Shown in pieces: positions 22,694 through 32,375 of a stretch of DNA of 61,829 nucleotides. This DNA is from Deltaproteobacteria bacterium TL4 (GTDB lineage Bacteria > SAR324 > NAC60-12): the NCBI GenBank assembly GCA_051382335.1, contig JBBCAX010000045.1, positions 1 through 61,829 on the forward strand. Direction: 5' to 3'. Each line of letters starts with the position of its first letter. Positions within the stretch are counted from its first letter, which is position 1. Under the pieces are notes generated by a model. It was given only the letters and a program-made list of their open reading frames with translations, had not been told where the DNA came from and ran no database searches. Both the position numbers and the translations under genes were made by a program.

Positions 22694-23160
22694 ATTGGAG
22701 GGACAGAATCAGTTTCTCATGAAGTTTGCGTCGCCTTGGCCAGAGATGGTCAGTTCTGCGGACATATTCCAACCTCTACCATTCGTGGAGTAGTTTTTCC
22801 TGAGATTCTACCTGAAGCAACAGAGATGATCAGTAATATGCTGACTTATCAAACCGATGGCGCTTTGCATGATACCCAGGTAACTTTGGTTTCTACTCGA
22901 GGCTATTCCAATCGTGTTGAGAATGATTATACCCGAGTCCTGGAAAACTGCGATATGGGTTCCTATCCTCAATCCTCACACCACTGGTCTCCTCTGGTTG
23001 AAGAAGTGGAATTCATCACCACAACCCGTGATCGGGAATTAGCCATTTATGACTTTCCTCAAGATCGTCATCTTTTTCCCTGGATTGAAGTCAATGCCCG
23101 CTTTGGTGTGATTGAGCCTCTGGAGGAATGAAAGAGGATTATTTTTGAATTTTGAAGGCC
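22694..23160 (+). repeat. Direct repeat copy 2 (startless 3' end of the large gene)
   Basis: ORF 22736-23131 is near-identical to the C-terminus of the 1524-aa protein. Confidence 0.95.
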
Positions 23161-23161
23161 T

Positions 23162-23364
23162 GAGGAAACACCCGAAAGTGATATTGCTTTATTAGTGAAT
23201 TTTACAACAAAGCCTGGTTTGTTCAAATACATTGAATTAGAAAATTATTTGTCTGATTTGTTAGGTATTAAAGTAGATTTAGTTATGAAAAGCTCATTAA
23301 ACCCCCAAACGGGGCAACAAATTTTAAGCGAGGTAGTTTATCTATGAAAACAGAACGACTTTAG
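23162..23364 (+). pseudogene. MNT nucleotidyltransferase antitoxin 3' fragment plus the first codons of a downstream (HEPN?) gene
   Basis: EETPESDIALLVNF...GLFKYIELENYLSDLLGIKVDLV...ILSEVVYL*, ATGA overlap into MKTERL*. Confidence 0.75.
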
Positions 23365-23664
23365 CTGTGTAAGATTCAATTTTGTAGGCAATTTTCTAGT
23401 GGGAGGAAAGAAGGCATGGGGGATTGAGCGGAACGACCTCCCAGGGAATATCTTTTCTTGCGAATCAATAATTCCCCGGAAAGTACTACCCTACCCGGCT
23501 TCTATATAACACTATTTCTGAACCTATTGAAAGTATATAATATTTTCTATTACCGTCGTGTTTATTTACTCAGTTGATTCTCGTAAAATCAGAGCTCTGC
23601 TTGGGAGGCTTCTTTAGCCTCAGTCCCTTCCCTGAGTCGGGAAGTCATCACACTGTGGGGTCCC

Positions 23665-23811
23665 CTAGGTGGCTGTCCGAGAATGGATGTAGGGTGTGCT
23701 TAAGCGAAGCGAGCGCACCAGAAAGCTTGCTGTCCCTTTATTTTTGGTGCGCTCGCTTCGCTTAAGCGGCACCCTCCTTATGCTCACCTTCTATTCTCGG
23801 ACAGTCCCCTA
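23665..23811. mobile_element. MITE/REP-like family D
   Basis: TIR ctgtccgagaat/attctcggacag with inner gcttaagcgaagcgagcgcacc palindrome; copies at 29484-29592 and 60735-60775. Confidence 0.75.
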
Positions 23812-23825
23812 GAGGAAAAGACGCG

Positions 23826-24731
23826 TCAAACAATAAAAAATTGTTCGTCCCTAAGTAATTCGGGGACATCGCCGGTCAGTTCCCTGTTTGAAAATGATCT
23901 TAAGATCTCCAAGCCTTTCTGACGGACTTCCTTACTTAACGGAACATAAGGTAAGCGAAAAACAGGTTTGATAGCACCTGTCATCGCCAGCGCTGTATTA
24001 AGCGGGATGGGGTTTGGCTCACAAAATAGCCACTGTATTAAAGGTTGAAGTCGTGTATTGAGCGCCTCATCCTTTTGATTCATCAAACGCCTCATTAATC
24101 CTGGAACTATATTGGCGGTTACTGAGATGACTCCATGAGACTTTGCCTGATGCCGTCCCTCATGACACTGATCATCGTTGCCGGACCAGCAGACAATGCC
24201 ACGTTTTTCATATTCGGCAATACGGTCATTGCCAGCGCATTCTTTGAGCCCTATCAAGTTTTTATTTTTCGCCAGTTCTTCCACGATTCCGGGAGTAAGA
24301 TCCTGTCCGGTTCTGCCGGGAACATTGTAAATAATACCGGGCCCAACCTCCAGCAGACGTTTAAAGTGCATTTTGAGTCCATCAATGGAGGTTCTCCCAT
24401 AATAAGGGTTGATCTGAAGCGCCGCATCCATGCCTATAGCGAAACCATACTCCGTTGCTCTAAGGGCTTCGCGGGTATTATTGCTTCCCGTGTTTCCAAT
24501 AATAATCAACTGATCCCCATATTTTTTTGCGGAATGCGCAATCAACATGAGATGCTCTTCCCAGCTCAGTAAATGTCCCTCTCCGGTTGTTCCACCAACA
24601 ACGATTCCCTCCACACCATTTTTGATCAGATGTTCCACCAAGGTATCATAAGTATCCACGTCAATTTCACCATTCGGCAAATAAGGCGTTTTGATTGCCG
24701 TAATCAAGCTTGCAGCTTTTATATGTTCCAT
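23826..24731 (-). CDS. dapA: 4-hydroxy-tetrahydrodipicolinate synthase
   Basis: GGTTGEG, INPYY, YNVPGRTG, catalytic GLKEC, EPNPIP. Confidence 0.95.
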   Translation of the reverse strand: MEHIKAASLITAIKTPYLPNGEIDVDTYDTLVEHLIKNGVEGIVVGGTTGEGHLLSWEEHLMLIAHSAKKYGDQLIIIGNTGSNNTREALRATEYGFAIGMDAALQINPYYGRTSIDGLKMHFKRLLEVGPGIIYNVPGRTGQDLTPGIVEELAKNKNLIGLKECAGNDRIAEYEKRGIVCWSGNDDQCHEGRHQAKSHGVISVTANIVPGLMRRLMNQKDEALNTRLQPLIQWLFCEPNPIPLNTALAMTGAIKPVFRLPYVPLSKEVRQKGLEILRSFSNRELTGDVPELLRDEQFFIV

Positions 24732-24872
24732 GAGTTTCTCAGTATAAAATATGTTTTTTTTATTTGGAATGGACAACATGAAATAAACTTTATGTTGCCT
24801 GTTTTCAAATATTATTCAAGGTGAAACTGTGAGGAATTCATTCAGCGAAAGGTCTGCGAAAGCAGGAACTCT

Positions 24873-26336
24873 TCAAGGCGGTGGTATTTCATTCTGTTGG
24901 ATTAAACTGGTTGCGAAACGATAAATCGACGGCAATTGATAACCAGGCAGAATCCAATAATCGGGCTCATAGCCTGCGGGAGAAATATAGTTGTTGTTGT
25001 GATCTAAATGAACCGAATGATTAACCGAAAAAAGGATTTTTGATTGGGGCAGTTGAAACAAGGGAATGGGCCTGTTTTTAGGAAACGCTCCGGTATTTTC
25101 ACCGATGAGGTAGGCGTTTTCTTGCTGTTTGGCTAAGGCGGCCAGGAACTGACAGCCATCACCACAATTTCGATCAGTGATCACAATGAGTATTTTATTC
25201 CATTCAGGGGCCTTGGAGTTTCCTGAAAAAATGAACTTGGTCTCTACCCATTTGGCAGGCAAATTCAAGCTTTGCATCCGGGTCATCATCGCAATGAGTT
25301 GCTGTCGTTTTTTAAACAGGGATTCCAATTCTTCCGTGTTTGAGGAGGGAATATTCACCGTCATTGATTGCAACCGATTCAACAATCCTCTTAACGTCAC
25401 CAAGGAGTACTTTTCCCGGACAATCACATTTTTCCAAACATTACGGGTTAGTGGTTTTAGCCATTCTTCAATAAAGGCAAAACTCCCGGTTAAATTGCCA
25501 CGGACATCCAGAATGATCAAATTTTTGTGAAGGAGGAGCTCTGAGACTTTATAAAATTGACGGGTGCCTTTCTCCTTGGAACGCCCTTCACGATACCAAC
25601 GGATGTAGGGAAGAGGGCCATCGATCCATTCAAAAACGGGATCGTCTTGGGGGATTGTTTCTTGGGGGACGACCGCTTTTAACCCAAAATCCAATTCCGA
25701 GGGCTTATTGAGATCATTGGCAAAAACACAATGGAGGAGTCGAGGTTTATCTTTGGCGAGAATTCCCAAGAGAAACTGAGGTTCCCCCTCTCGTTGTGGC
25801 AGAACAGGAAACATCTTGAAATGATTGGGAAAGCATCCCATCAACCAATCATTGGAAATTGAAGGAAACTGTGTATTGGGAAGAACCCGGAAGCGTTTAT
25901 TTTGCTGCACCAATTCAACGGAGGAATAAAAGGGAATGTTTCGATTTTCTACCTGGAAGCTATAATCCCGGGTATATAATTTCATTTGCGCTTTGAAGGC
26001 GGGATCTCCCGTAAAACTCAGAAAGTCAATCAACTTTTGTTGAAAATGCTGCGTCAATACAGGGTTTGGGGAACTCAGCAAAGCTTGTTTCAGTTCTTCA
26101 AAAAGTTGTTCCCACGGGGTTCCCTCCGCTTTCAGTCGATCCCATTGCCCAAAGCTTTCCCGGATAATATGTTCAAAAAATAACAAATCCTGAGAAATCT
26201 GTTCATTGTTGATGAAGGGCGGAACTTTGGCTTGAAAATCAATTTTCAGTTCCTTGTCCGTGAGGGGAGCCCCTGGAACAGTGGGGATCCCTCCCAGAAG
26301 AATTAAGGCCATGAGATAAAAACGAACGATCATCAT
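24873..26336 (-). CDS. Secreted S41-peptidase-like protein, degenerate active site
   Basis: LIILDVRGN, LIGENTGA, GYEPD; the catalytic Ser region reads CGDGCQ. Confidence 0.55.
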   Translation of the reverse strand: MMIVRFYLMALILLGGIPTVPGAPLTDKELKIDFQAKVPPFINNEQISQDLLFFEHIIRESFGQWDRLKAEGTPWEQLFEELKQALLSSPNPVLTQHFQQKLIDFLSFTGDPAFKAQMKLYTRDYSFQVENRNIPFYSSVELVQQNKRFRVLPNTQFPSISNDWLMGCFPNHFKMFPVLPQREGEPQFLLGILAKDKPRLLHCVFANDLNKPSELDFGLKAVVPQETIPQDDPVFEWIDGPLPYIRWYREGRSKEKGTRQFYKVSELLLHKNLIILDVRGNLTGSFAFIEEWLKPLTRNVWKNVIVREKYSLVTLRGLLNRLQSMTVNIPSSNTEELESLFKKRQQLIAMMTRMQSLNLPAKWVETKFIFSGNSKAPEWNKILIVITDRNCGDGCQFLAALAKQQENAYLIGENTGAFPKNRPIPLFQLPQSKILFSVNHSVHLDHNNNYISPAGYEPDYWILPGYQLPSIYRFATSLIQQNEIPPP

Positions 26337-26388
26337 TTTGAATAATTGCAGATGAAGGCGAAAAACTGGAGAAATCAAGCAAAACTCC

Positions 26389-28101
26389 TTACGCCGCAAT
26401 GGGTTTGAATAATTCTTCCGCTCGCTTCGCCGCAATCAGGAGTTGTTCTTTATTCATGTTGTTGACAATAATTCGTCCTGTTGTCTGTAATAGCCGTGTG
26501 GACGCCTCCACTCCGGTCTCTACGAGTTTTTGCGCGAAGTTACTCATTTTGAGTTGCGCCATGGGTTGTGTGATACGGGTTTCAACAGCCGTTTTTGTCA
26601 GCTCAACAGCAAGTTCAATGATCTTGTCTGTATGTTTTCCCTTTACCGGTTCCGCTTTGATCTCGCCAATCACTTGAAACAATTTTACAGATTGATCTTT
26701 CGAATAAGGAAGTGATAACGCAAAATTCGGACCCGTTGTTTGCAGAGAGGTTTCGGCCCACTCCACAATGGATCGCAATTGTTCCAACGATAACTCCCGA
26801 AGGGAAATAAGTTTCAGGATGGTTCTTTTCAAAATTCCCAGAGAGGTCAATACGGCTTCGTTAACCAAGCGTTGCAGCAAGCCGCCAACTCGAATCATTT
26901 CCAGTCCACTGTTCAGATAATGCATCACAAAAGTATTGGTAATGTTGATGAGTGTATCCACCAGTTCCTCCGTTTTAACCGCGACCGTGCCGACGGGAAC
27001 AGGCAAGTTCTTGCTCCTCTCTTTTTCCAGCGCGATTTCCTTATCGGTATGAGTAACCGTAAAATCCGCCATGACCAATTTTCCGTGCTCTTTTTGTGAT
27101 TTGTTGAGTTCCACTTCTATGGGACGGATGAGTACTTCAAACGCGTCCGCGGCAATAAGCAATTCGTTTGTTCCCATCGAATCGACCAGGGCCGGAACCG
27201 TGTTTCTGAGTAAGCTGACACTCATGCTGACCCCCATATCCACCAATTTACGTCCAAAGGCTCCCACCCCCAGCATCTTGATCGGTTCACGAATGTAAAA
27301 ATCCAATAAAAGTTCCGTGATCTCCATCGTGATCCCCACTACAGGTTTCGTATGGACTTTGGGTTTAGGGTTTTCCCGAACCATTTTTCTGATTTCAAAA
27401 ACTTCAAAAGCCAGCTCTTTGGGTAAAGGAAAGGCCGACATATAGTTTGCGTCAATTTTAATGGGTAAGGCGTCATTAAAATTCATGTCTGCCAGAAATA
27501 GAATGCTTTCGGCCCATTCCACCACAAACATCAGTTGTTTGTGCGAAAGGTCCTTAAATATTTTTTTCCCTGTTTTTCGCGTAACGCCCAAACTGGTAGA
27601 AATCAAGGTTCCAACGAGTTTTCGAACCAATTTGTTGGCATGGATCAGGTCCATCGTTAAATCGATAATTTCACCCACACTGGATTCGGTAACATCCAGA
27701 ATTTTATCCAGAAGTTCATCCGTGTTGATTTTTTCTCTTGGATTTTTTCGGATATGATCCAAGGCTTTTAGAATTTGTTCCGCGATATCTGTAGGCATCG
27801 GTGTGATGTAATAAACCGTTGGTAAAACCACTTGTTCGTGTGAGGTAGTTTCAACCATCATTTTTTTCTGGGATACGTCTGCGCTTTCGCCTTCCTCAAG
27901 GGGATGGGGAATCCCGGGTTTTGTTCTGACTTTTTTGACTTTTCTGAAAAATATTTTGCCAAGCAGTAGACGCACCACAATCACCGACGCCAAGCCGATT
28001 GCGCCCTCCATGAATCCCCATTTTCCCGTATAGAAACCTGCTCCGTAGGTCGCTCCCGCGATTACAAGAATGTATATTAGCGTCTTCAATTTTAAGCTCA
28101 T
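26389..28101 (-). CDS. Membrane-anchored hypothetical protein with four internal helical repeats
   Basis: Two N-terminal TMs; repeats end VVEWAE, AADAFE, IVEWAE, AAKRAE. Confidence 0.7.
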   Translation of the reverse strand: MSLKLKTLIYILVIAGATYGAGFYTGKWGFMEGAIGLASVIVVRLLLGKIFFRKVKKVRTKPGIPHPLEEGESADVSQKKMMVETTSHEQVVLPTVYYITPMPTDIAEQILKALDHIRKNPREKINTDELLDKILDVTESSVGEIIDLTMDLIHANKLVRKLVGTLISTSLGVTRKTGKKIFKDLSHKQLMFVVEWAESILFLADMNFNDALPIKIDANYMSAFPLPKELAFEVFEIRKMVRENPKPKVHTKPVVGITMEITELLLDFYIREPIKMLGVGAFGRKLVDMGVSMSVSLLRNTVPALVDSMGTNELLIAADAFEVLIRPIEVELNKSQKEHGKLVMADFTVTHTDKEIALEKERSKNLPVPVGTVAVKTEELVDTLINITNTFVMHYLNSGLEMIRVGGLLQRLVNEAVLTSLGILKRTILKLISLRELSLEQLRSIVEWAETSLQTTGPNFALSLPYSKDQSVKLFQVIGEIKAEPVKGKHTDKIIELAVELTKTAVETRITQPMAQLKMSNFAQKLVETGVEASTRLLQTTGRIIVNNMNKEQLLIAAKRAEELFKPIAA

Positions 28102-28133
28102 CGTGCCTCCTGATTATTGTGTGATGATACCCT

Positions 28134-28907
28134 TTACAGGTTTGTTTTTAAATTAACAACATCTCTTCTTTCGAAGCTAAAAACTCCAAGCGGCGGAATT
28201 TTTTTATCCACTAAAAAAGGTGTTTTTTTTATTTTAACAATGGGGGTCGGGGGATCCGTGACCTGATCTTTGGCCGTATAATCAGAACCACTATCCGTAC
28301 CGGCATCATAAGCATAAAGTTCAACTTCCGTTTTTTCGAGCCACTGGTCATTGAAACACAGGCTCAGACCACTCACCCCCACAAACCAGTCTGGTGAGGG
28401 AACCACATTGGCAATCAAGGTGACTAACGGAAACTCCTGGTTGAGTTTGATGCGGATACTTACCTTTCCCGGCGAATGCTCCATCCCTTCACCCGATAAA
28501 TAAGCATAGGCCTGCCCTCGAAGTACGGCTGTGTTTACTTCATGAATCATAAAACCTTTATTTCCAGTTTCAGCAAATTCGGAAATCCCAAAGGTTGAGA
28601 GTTGTCCCTCTTCCCAAAATTTGATGCTATGATTGTGGCTGGCACCAATCAGGCCTGAAAAAGAGGCCTCCTTAGGAAAGTTCCTGGGATGCGTTGCCGG
28701 ACTCCACGTACTTTCAAAGGTTACCACATAATCCATGATTGTCCCATTATTGGGAATACAGAGATCCTCGACAACCTGGACGCTGTCTTCTTCACCGTAG
28801 CAACCATGCAACATCAACACTCCAGGCAAAACAAGCATCACTAACCACGTGAGGCCTCTCAAACAGCGCGTCCCATATACCGATTCCGAATTCTGTGACA
28901 TAACCAT
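28134..28907 (-). CDS. Spondin_N domain lipoprotein
   Basis: FSGLIGASH, VPSPDWFVG, AYDAGTDSG; lipobox LHG-C; upstream ORF extension is MITE sequence. Confidence 0.9.
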   Translation of the reverse strand: MVMSQNSESVYGTRCLRGLTWLVMLVLPGVLMLHGCYGEEDSVQVVEDLCIPNNGTIMDYVVTFESTWSPATHPRNFPKEASFSGLIGASHNHSIKFWEEGQLSTFGISEFAETGNKGFMIHEVNTAVLRGQAYAYLSGEGMEHSPGKVSIRIKLNQEFPLVTLIANVVPSPDWFVGVSGLSLCFNDQWLEKTEVELYAYDAGTDSGSDYTAKDQVTDPPTPIVKIKKTPFLVDKKIPPLGVFSFERRDVVNLKTNL

Positions 28908-28960
28908 CCCTGTGTGTTTTTTGCTTGCGGGTCTTGTTTGTGTTATTGATATATCACTGA

Positions 28961-29592
28961 TATAGATGTCCAGATAAGTTTTTGCTGGGAACGCAGGCGT
29001 CCCGCCTGCATTTTCGGGCAAGATGCCCGCGTTCCCAGGAAAAAACTTTTCTGGAAAGTCTACCTGCAATCTTTGGGGACCATTAATCCTCCCCTGAGTC
29101 ATCATATAACGATTCCTCTCCCACAAATACAGTAAAAATTTTAATATTTTGATTTATCGAGACGGTTATTCATCAAAGCACCTGAAAAATGATGGCGTTC
29201 TTGTATTCATCTAACTATAGACTTTCAGCTAAGTCTTTCCTGGGAATGCGGGCATCTTGCCCGCAAAAGCAGGCGGGACGCTTGCGCTCCCAGTCCAAAA
29301 TACTTTTCTGAAACACTATAGGAATGAGAATTAAATAACATCCCCATTGGATAAGTTGCTCGAAAGATCTGGTAGAAGCAGCGTCCCGCTGCTTTAAGTG
29401 GGCGGGACGCCCACTCTACTAAATCCCGCTAAAATAAAGGGCGAGAGCAAATGGGGAAGTTATTTAATTCTCATTCCATAGGAGTCTGTCCGAGAATGGG
29501 GGGTAGGGTGCGCTTAAGCGAAGCGAGCGCACCAAAAAGCTCCCAAAACCCATTATTTTCGGTGCGCTTCGCAAGCTCAGCAGCACCCTACA
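28961..29592. mobile_element. MITE cluster: family B (28961-29062, 29215-29320), family C (29320-29478), family D (29484-29592)
   Basis: Abutting palindromic elements; family C TIR aggaatgagaattaaataac / gttatttaattctcattcc. Confidence 0.8.
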
Positions 29593-29620
29593 CTTCATTT
29601 TGATATTTTCGTTAACAAAT

Positions 29621-31888
29621 ATGACATTTCAAAAAATATGGGAAAAAATTAGTGTTCACGTGTCTTCTCTGGATAGCCAAGCCTCCTTCATGGAATGGGG
29701 CGACCTCCTGCGGGAGATTGAAACTGCGGGGAATTTGTCGGATGTGCCCGTGTGGTTTCCCTGCGTACAACAATATTTTGACCAGAATGTTGTCGAAATT
29801 TTCACCGAACAGCAACCCGCCTCAAACATTCTGCCAAAGTTGAAGGAATTCTGCAAGCAACTCGACTTCGTGAAGGTCAATTCTGAGGAATCAGTCATTT
29901 GCGATTTTGCGCAACAATTTTCTGCTACAGATGCCGCACCCACTCCTGAATCCGAAATGAGTCCAAATATCGAGGAAAAGCCCACCGTTGATTTGCTTGT
30001 TAAACCTTCGGCTTTTGTCGGCGCCGATGAACCCTGTGTGATTCAGCAACTGCCTCCGGAAGCTTTGACCGATACCCTGTTCAGCGATTTCATCAATGAA
30101 GCTGAGGAATCCCTGGAAGACGCGGATCTCATTTTAAAGAATCTTCAGCAAACGGATGATTCGAGTCATGTACTGGTGAATAAGCTGTTTCGAACCATGC
30201 ACACCATCAAAGGTACCGCGGGTTTTTTGGGCTTAACGGATATTTCTGTACTAGCTCATCATACCGAGGATCTTCTGGGACAGATCAGGGATAACCTGCA
30301 GGTGTTTTCTGCTGAAAACATTCAAACCATCATTCAGGCCTCGGACACCCTTCGCGCGTTTCTGGACCAGTTGAAAATGCTTCTCCGGAATGAACCCCCC
30401 ATTCCCGTTAATCTGAACAGGGTCTTCAGCCGCCTGCAAGAGGCTCTCGTTTCAGAGACCAAACCCGCTATCCGTTCCAAACCCGCAATCCCCAAAACTC
30501 AGGGGGTCAGTAACTCGCGGCCTCGAATCGGTGATCTGCTGGTAGAATCAGGCGCGGTTACCCCTGAGCAGGTGCATGACGCCCTGGAAGAACAGCAGCG
30601 TCCTTTGGGGCAGATTCTGGTGGATCAGGGAGTCGTTTCAACGCAGGTTGTGGAGCAGACCTTGCGGCAGACAGGGCGTTCAACAACGAATCAAACCGCA
30701 ATGCTGGATATGGTCAAAGTCCCCGCGTTCAGCATGGATGAATTGTCCGAACTGATTGGTGAAATGGTGGTTGAACTCTCTCTGCTCTCACGGCAAACGG
30801 ACACCTACGAACGGATGCCTGAAATCGCTGAACGGTTGAACCAGATGAGCCATATCACAGAACAAATGCGTGACCGTGTGCTGGGAATGCGGATGTTTCC
30901 CGTGAGCCATGTGTTTTCCAAATTATCCCGCCAGGTCCGGGATCTCAGTCTGAAATGTGAAAAACCCGTGAATCTGATATGTGAAGGTGAAGACACGCTG
31001 GTGGACAAAACCGTGATTGATGGCATCTACTCTCCGCTCATGCATCTGGTTCGCAACTCAATCGATCACGGGATTGAATCCCCCCGGAACAGGGAAGCGG
31101 CAGGTAAATCGCCCCAGGGTACCCTGTTTTTGAGTGCCCGACATCTCGGAGACTCCGTGATGATCGAAATCAGGGATGATGGCAACGGTTTGAATCGGAA
31201 AAAAATTCTCAAAAAGGCTATCGAAAAAGGCTTGGTTAAGGAAGGCGTAACGTTGACCGAATCCCAAATAGATCAGTTGATTTTTCAGCCGGGGTTTTCT
31301 ACCGCTGAGGTCGTCACGGACGTATCAGGCCGAGGCGTGGGTATGGATGTAGTCCGGCAGGACGTCCTTAAACTCCGGGGAAAAGTTTCTATCCATAGCG
31401 TTTCAGGGCAGGGAACCTCCTTTCAGATCCGATTGCCCTTGAGCACGTCCATCATCGAAGGGCTAATCACTCAGGTCGGAGACTATCAGTTTGTATTTCC
31501 CCTGCTGGAAATTCTGCTCACCATCACACCGGACGTCAAAGCTTTTCAGGAAATTCAGGGACAATCCGCACAATGCTTCCTGCTTGATCATGAAATCATT
31601 CCCGTGTTACGCTTGTATGAATTTTACGAGATCCCCTCAGAGCTTCAAGATCCGGCCAAAGCTGTCATGGTGGTGATCCTGCAGGGAAACCGTAAAATTG
31701 GCGTGATGGTGGATGAAGTGCTGCATCGTCAGCAGATTGTGATCAAGTCTTTAGATGAACGATTTCAACATCTGCCAGCCATTACGGGTGGAACCATACT
31801 GGGGGATGGTCGGGTCGGCTTGATTGTCTCCCCGGAACAATTATTTGAACACTTTGGCAAGGAGGCTCTGCATGAGTCAAGAAAATGA
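29621..31888 (+). CDS. cheA: Chemotaxis histidine kinase CheA
   Basis: Hpt FRTMHTIKG, HLVRNSIDHGIE, GRGVGMDVV, C-terminal CheW domain. Confidence 0.95.
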   Translation: MTFQKIWEKISVHVSSLDSQASFMEWGDLLREIETAGNLSDVPVWFPCVQQYFDQNVVEIFTEQQPASNILPKLKEFCKQLDFVKVNSEESVICDFAQQFSATDAAPTPESEMSPNIEEKPTVDLLVKPSAFVGADEPCVIQQLPPEALTDTLFSDFINEAEESLEDADLILKNLQQTDDSSHVLVNKLFRTMHTIKGTAGFLGLTDISVLAHHTEDLLGQIRDNLQVFSAENIQTIIQASDTLRAFLDQLKMLLRNEPPIPVNLNRVFSRLQEALVSETKPAIRSKPAIPKTQGVSNSRPRIGDLLVESGAVTPEQVHDALEEQQRPLGQILVDQGVVSTQVVEQTLRQTGRSTTNQTAMLDMVKVPAFSMDELSELIGEMVVELSLLSRQTDTYERMPEIAERLNQMSHITEQMRDRVLGMRMFPVSHVFSKLSRQVRDLSLKCEKPVNLICEGEDTLVDKTVIDGIYSPLMHLVRNSIDHGIESPRNREAAGKSPQGTLFLSARHLGDSVMIEIRDDGNGLNRKKILKKAIEKGLVKEGVTLTESQIDQLIFQPGFSTAEVVTDVSGRGVGMDVVRQDVLKLRGKVSIHSVSGQGTSFQIRLPLSTSIIEGLITQVGDYQFVFPLLEILLTITPDVKAFQEIQGQSAQCFLLDHEIIPVLRLYEFYEIPSELQDPAKAVMVVILQGNRKIGVMVDEVLHRQQIVIKSLDERFQHLPAITGGTILGDGRVGLIVSPEQLFEHFGKEALHESRK

Positions 31889-32351
31889 ACTGTTTCAAAA
31901 TTCAGGAGGCAAACTTCTGACCTTTCAACTGGGAACTCAGGAATATGGGATTCAAATCCTGCAAGCCCGTGAGGTAGTGGGGGTGATGCGCATTGATCCG
32001 ATACCCCAGGCTCCAGATTTCATGAAAGGGGTCATTAACTTGAGGGGAAAGATCATTCCTGTGATCGACTTGCGTACCAAATTCAGAATGCCCCGGATCG
32101 AACCTGGCAGAGAAAACTGCATTGTGGTCGTTGATATGCAGGGAAAACTGACTGGCGTCATTGTGGATCTGCTGGTGGGCGTGCTCACCGTCGAACCTGA
32201 AGATTTTGAAAGTACGCCCGAACTGGGGGCCAACATCCATACCGAATTTCTTTCTGGGATGGTCAAACTGGAATCACGCGTGGTCATTGTGCTGAATATG
32301 GAAAAAATTCTGTCCAATGATGAACTTTCGGCTCTCCACGTCAAAGCTTAA
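31872..32351 (+). CDS. cheW: CheW coupling protein
   Basis: KGVINLRGKIIPVIDLR. Confidence 0.95.
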   Translation: MSQENELFQNSGGKLLTFQLGTQEYGIQILQAREVVGVMRIDPIPQAPDFMKGVINLRGKIIPVIDLRTKFRMPRIEPGRENCIVVVDMQGKLTGVIVDLLVGVLTVEPEDFESTPELGANIHTEFLSGMVKLESRVVIVLNMEKILSNDELSALHVKA

Positions 32352-32375
32352 TCTTTTACGCTTCAAAGGAAAACT

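Noticed and set aside
22736..23131. Independent 131-aa gene
   Set aside because: It is the duplicated 3' end of the 1524-aa gene, with no genuine start
28908..29126. N-terminal extension of the spondin ORF, and similar ORFs or extensions at 49664-49900, 52672-52857, 53072-53155, 54605-54802, 60742-60864, 23574-23765
   Set aside because: Translations of palindromic MITE sequence or upstream read-through; better starts exist downstream
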